IMG/VR virus record: IMGVR_UViG_3300021961_000019
Direction: 5' to 3' (one strand)
From: a virus
DNA length: 64,000 nucleotides
Positions 37,131 to 43,981 of the stretch are shown here, in pieces; position 1 is the first letter of the stretch, and each line of letters opens with the position of its first letter. A program made the position numbers and the translations under genes. The notes under the pieces are model-generated. The model searched no databases. It worked only from the letters and a program-made list of their open reading frames with translations, and had not been told where the DNA came from.

Positions 37131-37206
37131 TGGTATCCGTGAGAGGACTCGAACCTCCAACAAATAGATCCTTAGTCTATTGCCTCTTCCATTGGGCTAC
37201 ACGGAT
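37131..37206 (-). tRNA. tRNA-Leu(AAG), short variable loop; CCA encoded
   Basis: Loop CTAAGGA (G37), A73, 5-nt variable region. Confidence 0.85.
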
Positions 37207-37207
37207 T

Positions 37208-37281
37208 TGGTTCCAGAACTAGGACTCGAACCTAGATAAACGCCTTCAAAGGGCGGTGTCCTGCCATTAGACGATTCTGGA
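37208..37281 (-). tRNA. tRNA-Gln(TTG); CCA encoded
   Basis: Loop CTTTGAA. Confidence 0.9.
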
Positions 37282-37282
37282 T

Positions 37283-37360
37283 TGGAGTTCAGGGTGGGAT
37301 TCGAACCCACGGTAAAGAAGTTTTGCAGACTTCCGCATTCGACCACTCTGCCACCTGAAC
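37283..37360 (-). tRNA. tRNA-Cys(GCA); CCA encoded
   Basis: Loop CTGCAAA, U73. Confidence 0.92.
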
Positions 37361-37392
37361 ATTGAACTATCTGGACTTTCCGGATAGTTGAG

Positions 37393-37464
37393 AGCCCTTA
37401 GTGAGAATCAAACTCACGACCGCATTCTTACCAAGAATGTGTTCTATCACTGAACTATAAGGGC
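37393..37464 (-). tRNA. tRNA-Thr(GGT)
   Basis: Loop TTGGTAA; D-loop AGTGATA and T-loop TTTGATT. Confidence 0.85.
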
Positions 37465-37466
37465 GG

Positions 37467-37540
37467 GGTGTAGGACGGGACTTGAACCCGCATAAACCAG
37501 ATTCACAATCTGGCGCATTGGCCAATTATGCTACCTACAC
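37467..37540 (-). tRNA. tRNA-His(GTG)
   Basis: Loop TTGTGAA, C73; genomic base at -1 is T. Confidence 0.88.
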
Positions 37541-37541
37541 A

Positions 37542-37615
37542 TGGCAGTAGATGGATTTGAACCACCGACCATAGGAATATGAGACCCGTGCTCTACCAAA
37601 CTGAGCTATACTGCC
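37542..37615 (-). tRNA. tRNA-Met(CAT), elongator-like, weak anticodon stem
   Basis: GGC acceptor, A73, loop CTCATAT; stem CGGGT/TCCTA has 2 mismatches. Confidence 0.65.
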
Positions 37616-37617
37616 AA

Positions 37618-37708
37618 CGGAAGTGGTTGGATTCGAACCAACGGTGCCTATTACTAGACACGGAATCTTAGCAGGATTCTGCGATAAGCCTGACTCTGCC
37701 ACACTTCC
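37618..37708 (-). tRNA. tRNA-Ser(GCT)
   Basis: Loop CTGCTAA, long variable arm, G73. Confidence 0.92.
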
Positions 37709-37762
37709 TCAATGTTGCCTTGAATTATCCTAAAGTTGTTTTGGGTTGCTTCAAGGCAACAA

Positions 37763-37834
37763 TGGAACCGACAAGATTTGAACTTGTGACCGCTCGGTTA
37801 TCAGCCGAGTGCTCTACCGCTGAGCTACGGTTCC
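37763..37834 (-). tRNA. tRNA-Ile(GAT)
   Basis: Loop CTGATAA. Confidence 0.93.
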
Positions 37835-37837
37835 AAG

Positions 37838-37911
37838 AGGGAACAGTCGGACTTGAACCGACAACACCATGATCTTCAGTCATGTGCTCTACCAATTGGA
37901 GCTATGTTCCC
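37838..37911 (-). tRNA. tRNA-Phe(GAA)
   Basis: Loop CTGAAGA. Confidence 0.9.
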
Positions 37912-37913
37912 AA

Positions 37914-37985
37914 TAGTCCTAACGGGATTCGAACCCGTGTTCTCACCTTGAAAGGGTGATGACCTAACCGCTAGTCGATAGGACC
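37914..37985 (-). tRNA. tRNA-Glu(TTC)
   Basis: Loop CTTTCAA. Confidence 0.92.
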
Positions 37986-37988
37986 AGG

Positions 37989-38060
37989 CGACCCATAGGG
38001 GATTCGAACCCCTGATACCTCTTAGACAGAGAGGCGTGATCACCACTTCACTAATGGGCC
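37989..38060 (-). tRNA. tRNA-Asp(GTC)
   Basis: Loop CTGTCTA, G73. Confidence 0.92.
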
Positions 38061-38135
38061 TGGAGCGGACTACGGGATTTGAACCCGTGACATCAACCTT
38101 GGCAAGGTTGCGTTCTACCACTGAACTAAATCCGC
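38061..38135 (-). tRNA. tRNA-Gly(GCC); CCA encoded
   Basis: Loop TTGCCAA, U73. Confidence 0.93.
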
Positions 38136-38139
38136 AAGG

Positions 38140-38230
38140 TGGGAGAGGAGGGAATTGAACCCCCGATGGTTCCGATGTAACGGTTTTACAGACCGCAGCC
38201 ACACATATTGCCAACAGTAGCCACTCTCCC
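38140..38230 (-). tRNA. tRNA-Tyr(GTA)
   Basis: Loop CTGTAAA, long variable region, enlarged D-loop. Confidence 0.85.
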
Positions 38231-38267
38231 GAACAGTTTATGTTTAACGACCGAACTGCGGCGGTGC

Positions 38268-38343
38268 AGGGGGCATCTGGGATTCGAACCCAGGACTAAC
38301 CGATTAAGAGTCGGATACTCTGACCTGACTGAGTTAATGCCCC
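38268..38343 (-). tRNA. tRNA-Lys(CTT)
   Basis: Loop CTCTTAA. Confidence 0.9.
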
Positions 38344-38346
38344 TTA

Positions 38347-38419
38347 TGGGTCTGGTGGGACTCGAACCCACGATCCACCGGTTAAAAGCCGGGTGCGCTC
38401 GCCGCTTAGCTACAGACCC
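38347..38419 (-). tRNA. tRNA-Lys(TTT)
   Basis: Loop CTTTTAA. Confidence 0.9.
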
Positions 38420-38468
38420 AATAAAGGTTTAAATTTTCAAGGTTCAATCAAAAACTATCACAGGCAAC

Positions 38469-38501
38469 AAAAAAGGGGAGGAAACCTTAGTTTCTCTCCC
38501 C
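38469..38501 (-). terminator. rho-independent terminator
   Basis: GGGGAG-A-GAAAC-TAAG-GTTTC-CTCCCC-TTTTTT on the minus strand. Confidence 0.75.
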
Positions 38502-38526
38502 TGTTCTTGCTTTTATGGATTACATG

Positions 38527-38634
38527 TTACATGTGTTTATCCATACCCGCAAACAGGGGAGCTCCCTCAATATGCTGCCAGGTGCGGCCGCAATCGAGAT
38601 TGCTAAACTTAATTGTGAGCATTGGATAAGACAT
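38527..38634 (-). CDS. 35-aa peptide (MSYPMLTIKFSNLDCGRTWQHIEGAPLFAGMDKHM)
   Basis: Manually translated; flanked by TATAAATA (38655-38662) and a terminator. Confidence 0.55.
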   Translation of the reverse strand: MSYPMLTIKFSNLDCGRTWQHIEGAPLFAGMDKHM

Positions 38635-38719
38635 TGTTTTCGACCTAAGTGTTTTATTTATAGGGTTTTAATTTTTGCGTTACAAAAATTAACAGGAGCA
38701 ATCAATCAAGATTGCTAAG

Positions 38720-38793
38720 CACCCCAGGTAGGATTCGAACCTACGACTCACGCTTTAGAAGAGCGTTACTCTATTCCACTGAGTTACTGAGGC
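38720..38793 (-). tRNA. tRNA-Arg(TCT)
   Basis: Loop CTTCTAA. Confidence 0.93.
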
Positions 38794-38864
38794 ATATATG
38801 TTTTGGGAATTGACCAACCGATTTAAGTCTTACGACGTGTGGTGGTCAGTTCCCTCACTCTTTA

Positions 38865-38893
38865 ATAATACACGGTTTTGGGGATCCGGTCAA
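38865..38893 (-). promoter_or_regulatory. sigma70-type promoter TTGACC-N17-TATTAT at the head of the tRNA cluster
   Basis: Hexamers and 17 nt spacer; palindrome at 38902-38919 upstream. Confidence 0.8.
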
Positions 38894-38895
38894 CC

Positions 38896-39363
38896 CTAGT
38901 GGACAGTTTCTGAAGTGTCACCCAGGTGGTCAACGAACAGAATTCCGTTCAAATGATCAACCTCGTGCTGAATGATCCTTGCCGTAAGATCATTATACAC
39001 CTCAAAGCAGGGTTTGCCTTTCATGTTACGATATTTTACATGAACTTGATTTGATCTTAACACGGCACCGAATGTATTGGGACAACTCAAACATCCCTCC
39101 TCCATCAATTGAGTATCTTCACTCAACTTAGTGATTTCCGGATTAATCATCACAATCTCAGTATCGCGATGTTTTACTACAATAATTCTCTTGGAAATTC
39201 CCACCTGTGGGGCAGCAATTCCAATTCCTTGATATTTATTCATGACTTCAATCATCTTGAAGCACAAAACTCTAGTGACATCATCAATCTTAGCCACTCT
39301 GGGAGCGACTCTTCTCAAGACCTTCGATCCTACTGTTTGAAGTTCCATGACCCTATCGACCAA
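38896..39363 (-). CDS. def: peptide deformylase
   Basis: GIGIAAPQVG, EEGCLS, QHEVDHLNG. Confidence 0.95.
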   Translation of the reverse strand: MVDRVMELQTVGSKVLRRVAPRVAKIDDVTRVLCFKMIEVMNKYQGIGIAAPQVGISKRIIVVKHRDTEIVMINPEITKLSEDTQLMEEGCLSCPNTFGAVLRSNQVHVKYRNMKGKPCFEVYNDLTARIIQHEVDHLNGILFVDHLGDTSETVH

Positions 39364-39374
39364 TTTTTCCTATT

Positions 39375-39890
39375 CTACTTATCGTCTGAGGATTGTCTGC
39401 TTTTTTGTAATATTTCTTTTTGTATTGGGGTGCCAACACTTTCGATCATATTCTCATTACTGAATGCCCACTTTCTGAGGTTAGGATCTAAAATTTCCTT
39501 CTTTTCTTCAACATACCAAGGAGCACGTATTCCAATTGCATCTCCAAGTTGATATGCCTTTGGTGCAAATTGGTCTGGTGCTTGGGGGCCCATCTCAAGA
39601 CTTCTTCTATACTCATTTAAAGCATAAGTTACATCAGACTTAACTCTATAATCTAATAATTCTTTATCTTCAATAAATCTTCGATTTAAATTCTCTTTAA
39701 CTTCAGTAAATACGGGATCCTCGTCAGGCAATTCTAAATTAATCAATCGTCTAATCTCATCATAAATTTGATAAATTAACTTATCTTCAATTACAATATT
39801 CTGCTTGGCAAGGCTAAAAAGAATCCACCCAATCAGAGATCCAATGATCATGGCAGGAATAGTCCTACGTCCAAATAAGTTAATTCTCAT
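39375..39890 (-). CDS. hypothetical membrane-anchored protein
   Basis: TM helix; ELLDYRVKSDV motif shared with the neighbour. Confidence 0.65.
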   Translation of the reverse strand: MRINLFGRRTIPAMIIGSLIGWILFSLAKQNIVIEDKLIYQIYDEIRRLINLELPDEDPVFTEVKENLNRRFIEDKELLDYRVKSDVTYALNEYRRSLEMGPQAPDQFAPKAYQLGDAIGIRAPWYVEEKKEILDPNLRKWAFSNENMIESVGTPIQKEILQKSRQSSDDK

Positions 39891-40285
39891 TTTACTTTAA
39901 ATTTGTCAAGTTCGGGAGGATCGCCAAGATATACTCTATTTTTTAACAAAAAATATGATACTTCATACTCAGAGATTGCTTGATCAACATCAGATGAGAT
40001 CCGATAATCTAAAAATTCCTGATGCTTGATTATATAGTCGTTTAAAACTTCAATTCCATATTGCCTTTGTATTCGATCTATAATGATCACCAAATCCCTT
40101 TTATTTACCCAAGGGAGTAATGTAATTATGTCAATTAGTCCCTCAAATATAACTCCAAACTTAACATAATGAAATATATCTCTTGGTTGCTCTCCTCTCT
40201 CAATATGCAAGATATTGTGCTCAGGATTCTTTTTTCTTTTTACGATCTTCTCTAAGAGATCTTTCATATTCCTCCAGGGCAGCAT
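39887..40285 (-). CDS. hypothetical protein
   Basis: EFLDYRISSDV motif. Confidence 0.65.
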   Translation of the reverse strand: MLPWRNMKDLLEKIVKRKKNPEHNILHIERGEQPRDIFHYVKFGVIFEGLIDIITLLPWVNKRDLVIIIDRIQRQYGIEVLNDYIIKHQEFLDYRISSDVDQAISEYEVSYFLLKNRVYLGDPPELDKFKVK

Positions 40286-40583
40286 CTACCAGATCCTTTG
40301 GATCCCGTTCTTTCACATCCGTATCCGATAATTCTATGTTTATTTTTGGGACTACCTCACTAGTTTCATAATCATATTGAACTTCCAATCCCAAAGGAAC
40401 TTTATCATGATTTATAGCAAAAGTATCAATATTCTCCAATCCAACAGAAAATTGACCAAGTTCAACTTCTGGATTAATTAGTTCCGTCTCTATAGAAATA
40501 TCTGCACTCGTTGCTGCCGTTCTTTTTATTGGTTCAAAAAAATTATCATATGGAGTTTCTTTTTGTTTAGACTTCTTATCCAT
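40221..40583 (-). CDS. hypothetical protein
   Basis: 120 aa; TATAAATA at 40636-40643 upstream. Confidence 0.6.
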   Translation of the reverse strand: MDKKSKQKETPYDNFFEPIKRTAATSADISIETELINPEVELGQFSVGLENIDTFAINHDKVPLGLEVQYDYETSEVVPKINIELSDTDVKERDPKDLVDAALEEYERSLREDRKKKKES

Positions 40584-40606
40584 CAGTATAAGTTTTTATT
40601 CCTACT

Positions 40607-40633
40607 AAAAAGGTGGGAGTTTCCCCCCACCTC
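40607..40633 (-). terminator. rho-independent terminator
   Basis: AGGTGGG-GGGAAACT-CCCACCT-TTTT on the minus strand. Confidence 0.7.
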
Positions 40634-40652
40634 GGTATTTATAATATTTCAA

Positions 40653-41495
40653 CTACCATTTTTTCATTAATGGATTTGGTGTTTTTGGTTTAATAGTATT
40701 CACCACTTTAGGAACCTCACTTACATCAACTGAATCTCCATTTTCATTAACCACTTCAGTTGCGGTATAAAGACGATTCAAATAACCATTTGAATAATGA
40801 GTGCGAGCACCGTGGATTCCCCAACCCAACCATGTGTATGCATGTCTCATATATCCATTTACAGATTTACCACCTGCCTTCAAAGCAGGTTCAATACTTC
40901 TCCACTGTGGCTCTGTGACCATGTAGCGAAGTTGAGTATCAATATGTGAAGGATTTCCACCATAACGACTTGCGAAATTTCCCAACCCGCGATAACGATT
41001 AGAGGAAGTCCACTGAATAATTCCATAACCACCAGAGTGGCAGCTGCCATATGAAATTCTGGCACCACCTTCACAGATATTGGAAACAAACATGGACTCT
41101 TGCTTGATGTTGCCCATAACAGTAGCAAGGGCATGACGATCAGTGATTCCACGTTGCTGCAAGAAATCAAGAGTCTTTTGCTCATTAGCATTACAACCCT
41201 TACATGCTATTCTAGTAACAGTTTTAGGTTCTGCCAAAACTTCTTTGGCAGTCTCTAGCACACTCTTCACGCTAGTTTTTTCACCTTCGACCTTTACTGT
41301 ATTTGTCTTTGCAGATCCCATATTACGGAGTTCTGCAATTGTTTCTGCGATTGATTGTTTTTTCTGAACCACCACCGGGGTGGAGGGTTCACCTTCTGGA
41401 GCGACTTGGGCATATGTTGTACCCATTGTTGAAGTTGTAATCGCACCACCTAGAACGGTGGTCGCCAACAAAATGTTTGCGTATTTAAAAAGCAT
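40653..41495 (-). CDS. phage tail lysozyme-like (Phage_lysozyme2) cell-wall hydrolase with signal peptide
   Basis: ATVMGNIKQES, GYGIIQWT, QLRYM; hydrophobic N-terminus. Confidence 0.8.
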   Translation of the reverse strand: MLFKYANILLATTVLGGAITTSTMGTTYAQVAPEGEPSTPVVVQKKQSIAETIAELRNMGSAKTNTVKVEGEKTSVKSVLETAKEVLAEPKTVTRIACKGCNANEQKTLDFLQQRGITDRHALATVMGNIKQESMFVSNICEGGARISYGSCHSGGYGIIQWTSSNRYRGLGNFASRYGGNPSHIDTQLRYMVTEPQWRSIEPALKAGGKSVNGYMRHAYTWLGWGIHGARTHYSNGYLNRLYTATEVVNENGDSVDVSEVPKVVNTIKPKTPNPLMKKW

Positions 41496-41649
41496 AGTAG
41501 TTTCCTAGAACTCGACATCCGTTTGTAAGTGCAACCCCTCATTTCAGAGGAACTATACCCACGGCACATTTTTAAAAGTAGAAAAAATGTAAACAAAAAA
41601 AGGGGGAAGAGTCCTACCCCCACTAAAGCATTATGTATTACATTACTAT

Positions 41650-41994
41650 TTATGTGTTTTCATACAGGTTTTGAATGTAATCATTGTCAATACATAAATA
41701 CTCAAGATCTGAGTGTCCATCATATTCAAGCCACTCACGAAATTCATCTTCAATGGCAATGGCATTAGCATTATCACTATGTACTTGATGACGATCTTGA
41801 ACGATCTCGCCAATTCTTGATACTGCCCAATCCCTCACATAACTGCAGATGTGACCATCATACGACTGAGAATCGTAAAGATCATAATCAACATCGTTCA
41901 TAACATTCTCTTGAGTGTTCCCCATCACTATAGCAGGTTTTGGTGTGAATGCAAGCAACATGTCAAGAAACCTTAACACAAATACGAAAAACAT
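41650..41994 (-). CDS. conserved cyanophage hypothetical protein (likely start at MNDVDY)
   Basis: Acidic; RDWAVSRI...EF.EW. Confidence 0.55.
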   Translation of the reverse strand: MFFVFVLRFLDMLLAFTPKPAIVMGNTQENVMNDVDYDLYDSQSYDGHICSYVRDWAVSRIGEIVQDRHQVHSDNANAIAIEDEFREWLEYDGHSDLEYLCIDNDYIQNLYENT

Positions 41995-42005
41995 AAGAAT
42001 TACAA

Positions 42006-42440
42006 ATGAATTGGCAATACAACGGAACAGATTATGAAGGCCCGACCAAAGCTTTGGAAGGATTTGTATACCTAATTACCAACAAAACTAATGGAAAGAA
42101 GTATGTAGGTAAAAAAAATTTTTGGACCCGAAGAAAGGATCCAAAAACTGGAAGAAGAAAAACTAAAGAGGGTGCTTGGAAATCTTACTACGGTTCCTGT
42201 GACGAACTAAAAGATGACGTAAAATCCTTGGGTCCAGACAATTTCATCCGGGAAATTCTATATCTTTGCCCACACAAAAAATCTATGTCATACTATGAGA
42301 CATATGAGCAATTCAGAAGAAATGTCATAATGGATGAAACATATTACAACACAAATATTGAAGGAAAATACTTTTCCAGCGAATGCCTATCGATCTACGG
42401 AATCGTCTCCATTAATGAATCTCTCACACTTCCCGTTTAG
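42006..42440 (+). CDS. GIY-YIG (Seg-like) endonuclease
   Basis: GFVYLITN..NGKKYVGKK, YYGS, REILYLC, YYNTNI. Confidence 0.88.
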   Translation: MNWQYNGTDYEGPTKALEGFVYLITNKTNGKKYVGKKNFWTRRKDPKTGRRKTKEGAWKSYYGSCDELKDDVKSLGPDNFIREILYLCPHKKSMSYYETYEQFRRNVIMDETYYNTNIEGKYFSSECLSIYGIVSINESLTLPV

Positions 42441-42575
42441 GCAAATACAAGCACGTGCTGAGCGGAGATATACTGCCCTCAATACCATTCTACTGAGATT
42501 GTATAAGATAAATCCAACTAAAGACAATTTAACTAGAATTTGAAAAACTATATTTTCCATATTATCCGCCCGCAC
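42387..42575 (-). CDS. small hypothetical protein
   Basis: 62 aa with a hydrophobic N-terminus. Confidence 0.35.
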   Translation of the reverse strand: MRADNMENIVFQILVKLSLVGFILYNLSRMVLRAVYLRSARACICLNGKCERFINGDDSVDR

Positions 42576-42783
42576 AATCTATGTTATAGGACTCATAATA
42601 ATCATAGTCCCCCCCAAACATAAAATCATCCCATTCTGCTGCTTCCCGATAAGCATCCAAACAAACATCTTCACTATCAGCAACAGGAGGTGTGGGAGTC
42701 AATGGTTCAATTGCATCCATTTCTTTCCACACTCTAGCAAATTCATCAAAGTTTAAATCCTGCGAAGGTTGATTCTGTGACAT
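42562..42783 (-). CDS. acidic hypothetical protein (likely start MSQNQP)
   Basis: Part of track ORF 42562-42924 beyond the nrdB overlap. Confidence 0.5.
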   Translation of the reverse strand: MSQNQPSQDLNFDEFARVWKEMDAIEPLTPTPPVADSEDVCLDAYREAAEWDDFMFGGDYDYYESYNIDCAGG

Positions 42784-43927
42784 CCTGTTTAATTCCTCCA
42801 ACGATGTAAGATTCCACTTCCGTTTCTTGAGGTGCAACTTGCAAACCTTTTGATGAAATCCAATGCTCAGTCCACGGAAGTGGATTGTTTTTTGCGACAA
42901 TATCATAAACTGGTTTGAGACCAATCGCTTTCAATCTACGATTAGCAATCCACTCAACATATTGCTGAAGGAGTTTGTCATTCAACCCAATCATACTACC
43001 ATCTTTGAAAAGATAGTCGGCCCAAACCTTTTCTTCGTTCACTGCCCTATCAAACATAGCATACACCCAATCCTGCTCTTCCTTAGCAATTTTCTGCATT
43101 TCCGGATCATCACCGTCGCGCCACTTATTCAAGATATTTTGAGTAAGTGCTAGGTGTTGGTTTTCGTCTCTCGCGATGAGAGAGATGATTTTAGCTGATC
43201 CTTCCATAAGCTTAAGTTCACCAAAGGCGAAACTGCAAGCAAAACTAACGTAAAAGCGAATACCTTCAAGAATATTAACGTTTGCGACTGCTCTGTATAG
43301 TTTTCGTTTAACATCGGTGAGTGATTCCTGTGCGTAATGTACTCCTTCAAGGCGATGACGCCAAGCATCCGATGTACCGTACATGTGTGCAGAATTGATG
43401 AAATCATCATAGGATTCTGTTACGCTTTTTGAACGCTCCAGAATTCTTTCATCCTCAATAATCGTATCAAAAACATCAGATGGATCTGAATAAACATTTT
43501 TGATAATATATGTATATGAACGACTATGGATCATTTCCATAAATCCCCACACTTCCATACATGCCTCCAATTCAGGAAGAGAGCAATATGGAATAAACGC
43601 CATTCCAGGACCGCGACCCTGAACGGAATCCAACATAATCTGATATTTAAGATTTGAAGTATAGATATGCTTCTGCTCGGGACGAAGAGTTTGATAATCT
43701 CCACGATCTTTTTGCAAGGACACTTCTTCCGGTCTCCAAAAGTATCCAAGTTGTTGAGTTGTAAGTTTCTCAAAAATTGGATACTTGTAAGAATCATATC
43801 TTTGTACACCTAAAGGTTGCCCAAAAAACATAGGTTGCTTTTTGGTATTGACTTTATTTCGATTAAAAACGGTCATCCCTTCGGGCATACTTACTCCTTT
43901 ATCTACAGATTCATTAAATTTATTCAT
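42746..43927 (-). CDS. nrdB: ribonucleotide reductase class Ia, beta subunit
   Basis: FWRPEEV, DSVQGR, EMIHSRSY, LEGIRFYVSF, IARDENQH, APQETE. Confidence 0.97.
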   Translation of the reverse strand: MNKFNESVDKGVSMPEGMTVFNRNKVNTKKQPMFFGQPLGVQRYDSYKYPIFEKLTTQQLGYFWRPEEVSLQKDRGDYQTLRPEQKHIYTSNLKYQIMLDSVQGRGPGMAFIPYCSLPELEACMEVWGFMEMIHSRSYTYIIKNVYSDPSDVFDTIIEDERILERSKSVTESYDDFINSAHMYGTSDAWRHRLEGVHYAQESLTDVKRKLYRAVANVNILEGIRFYVSFACSFAFGELKLMEGSAKIISLIARDENQHLALTQNILNKWRDGDDPEMQKIAKEEQDWVYAMFDRAVNEEKVWADYLFKDGSMIGLNDKLLQQYVEWIANRRLKAIGLKPVYDIVAKNNPLPWTEHWISSKGLQVAPQETEVESYIVGGIKQDVTESTFAGFKL

Positions 43928-43981
43928 TTCACAAAAGCATGGCAGAGAATAATTTCATCAAATATAATCTTATTTAACAAG

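Noticed and set aside
36981-38419. Regularly spaced repeats of GGATTCGAACC-like sequence resembling a CRISPR array
   Set aside because: They are the T-arms of tandem tRNA genes; there are no identical direct repeats with unique spacers and no cas genes.
37876-38629. Track ORFs overlapping the tRNA array
   Set aside because: They are translations of tRNA genes; not credible proteins.
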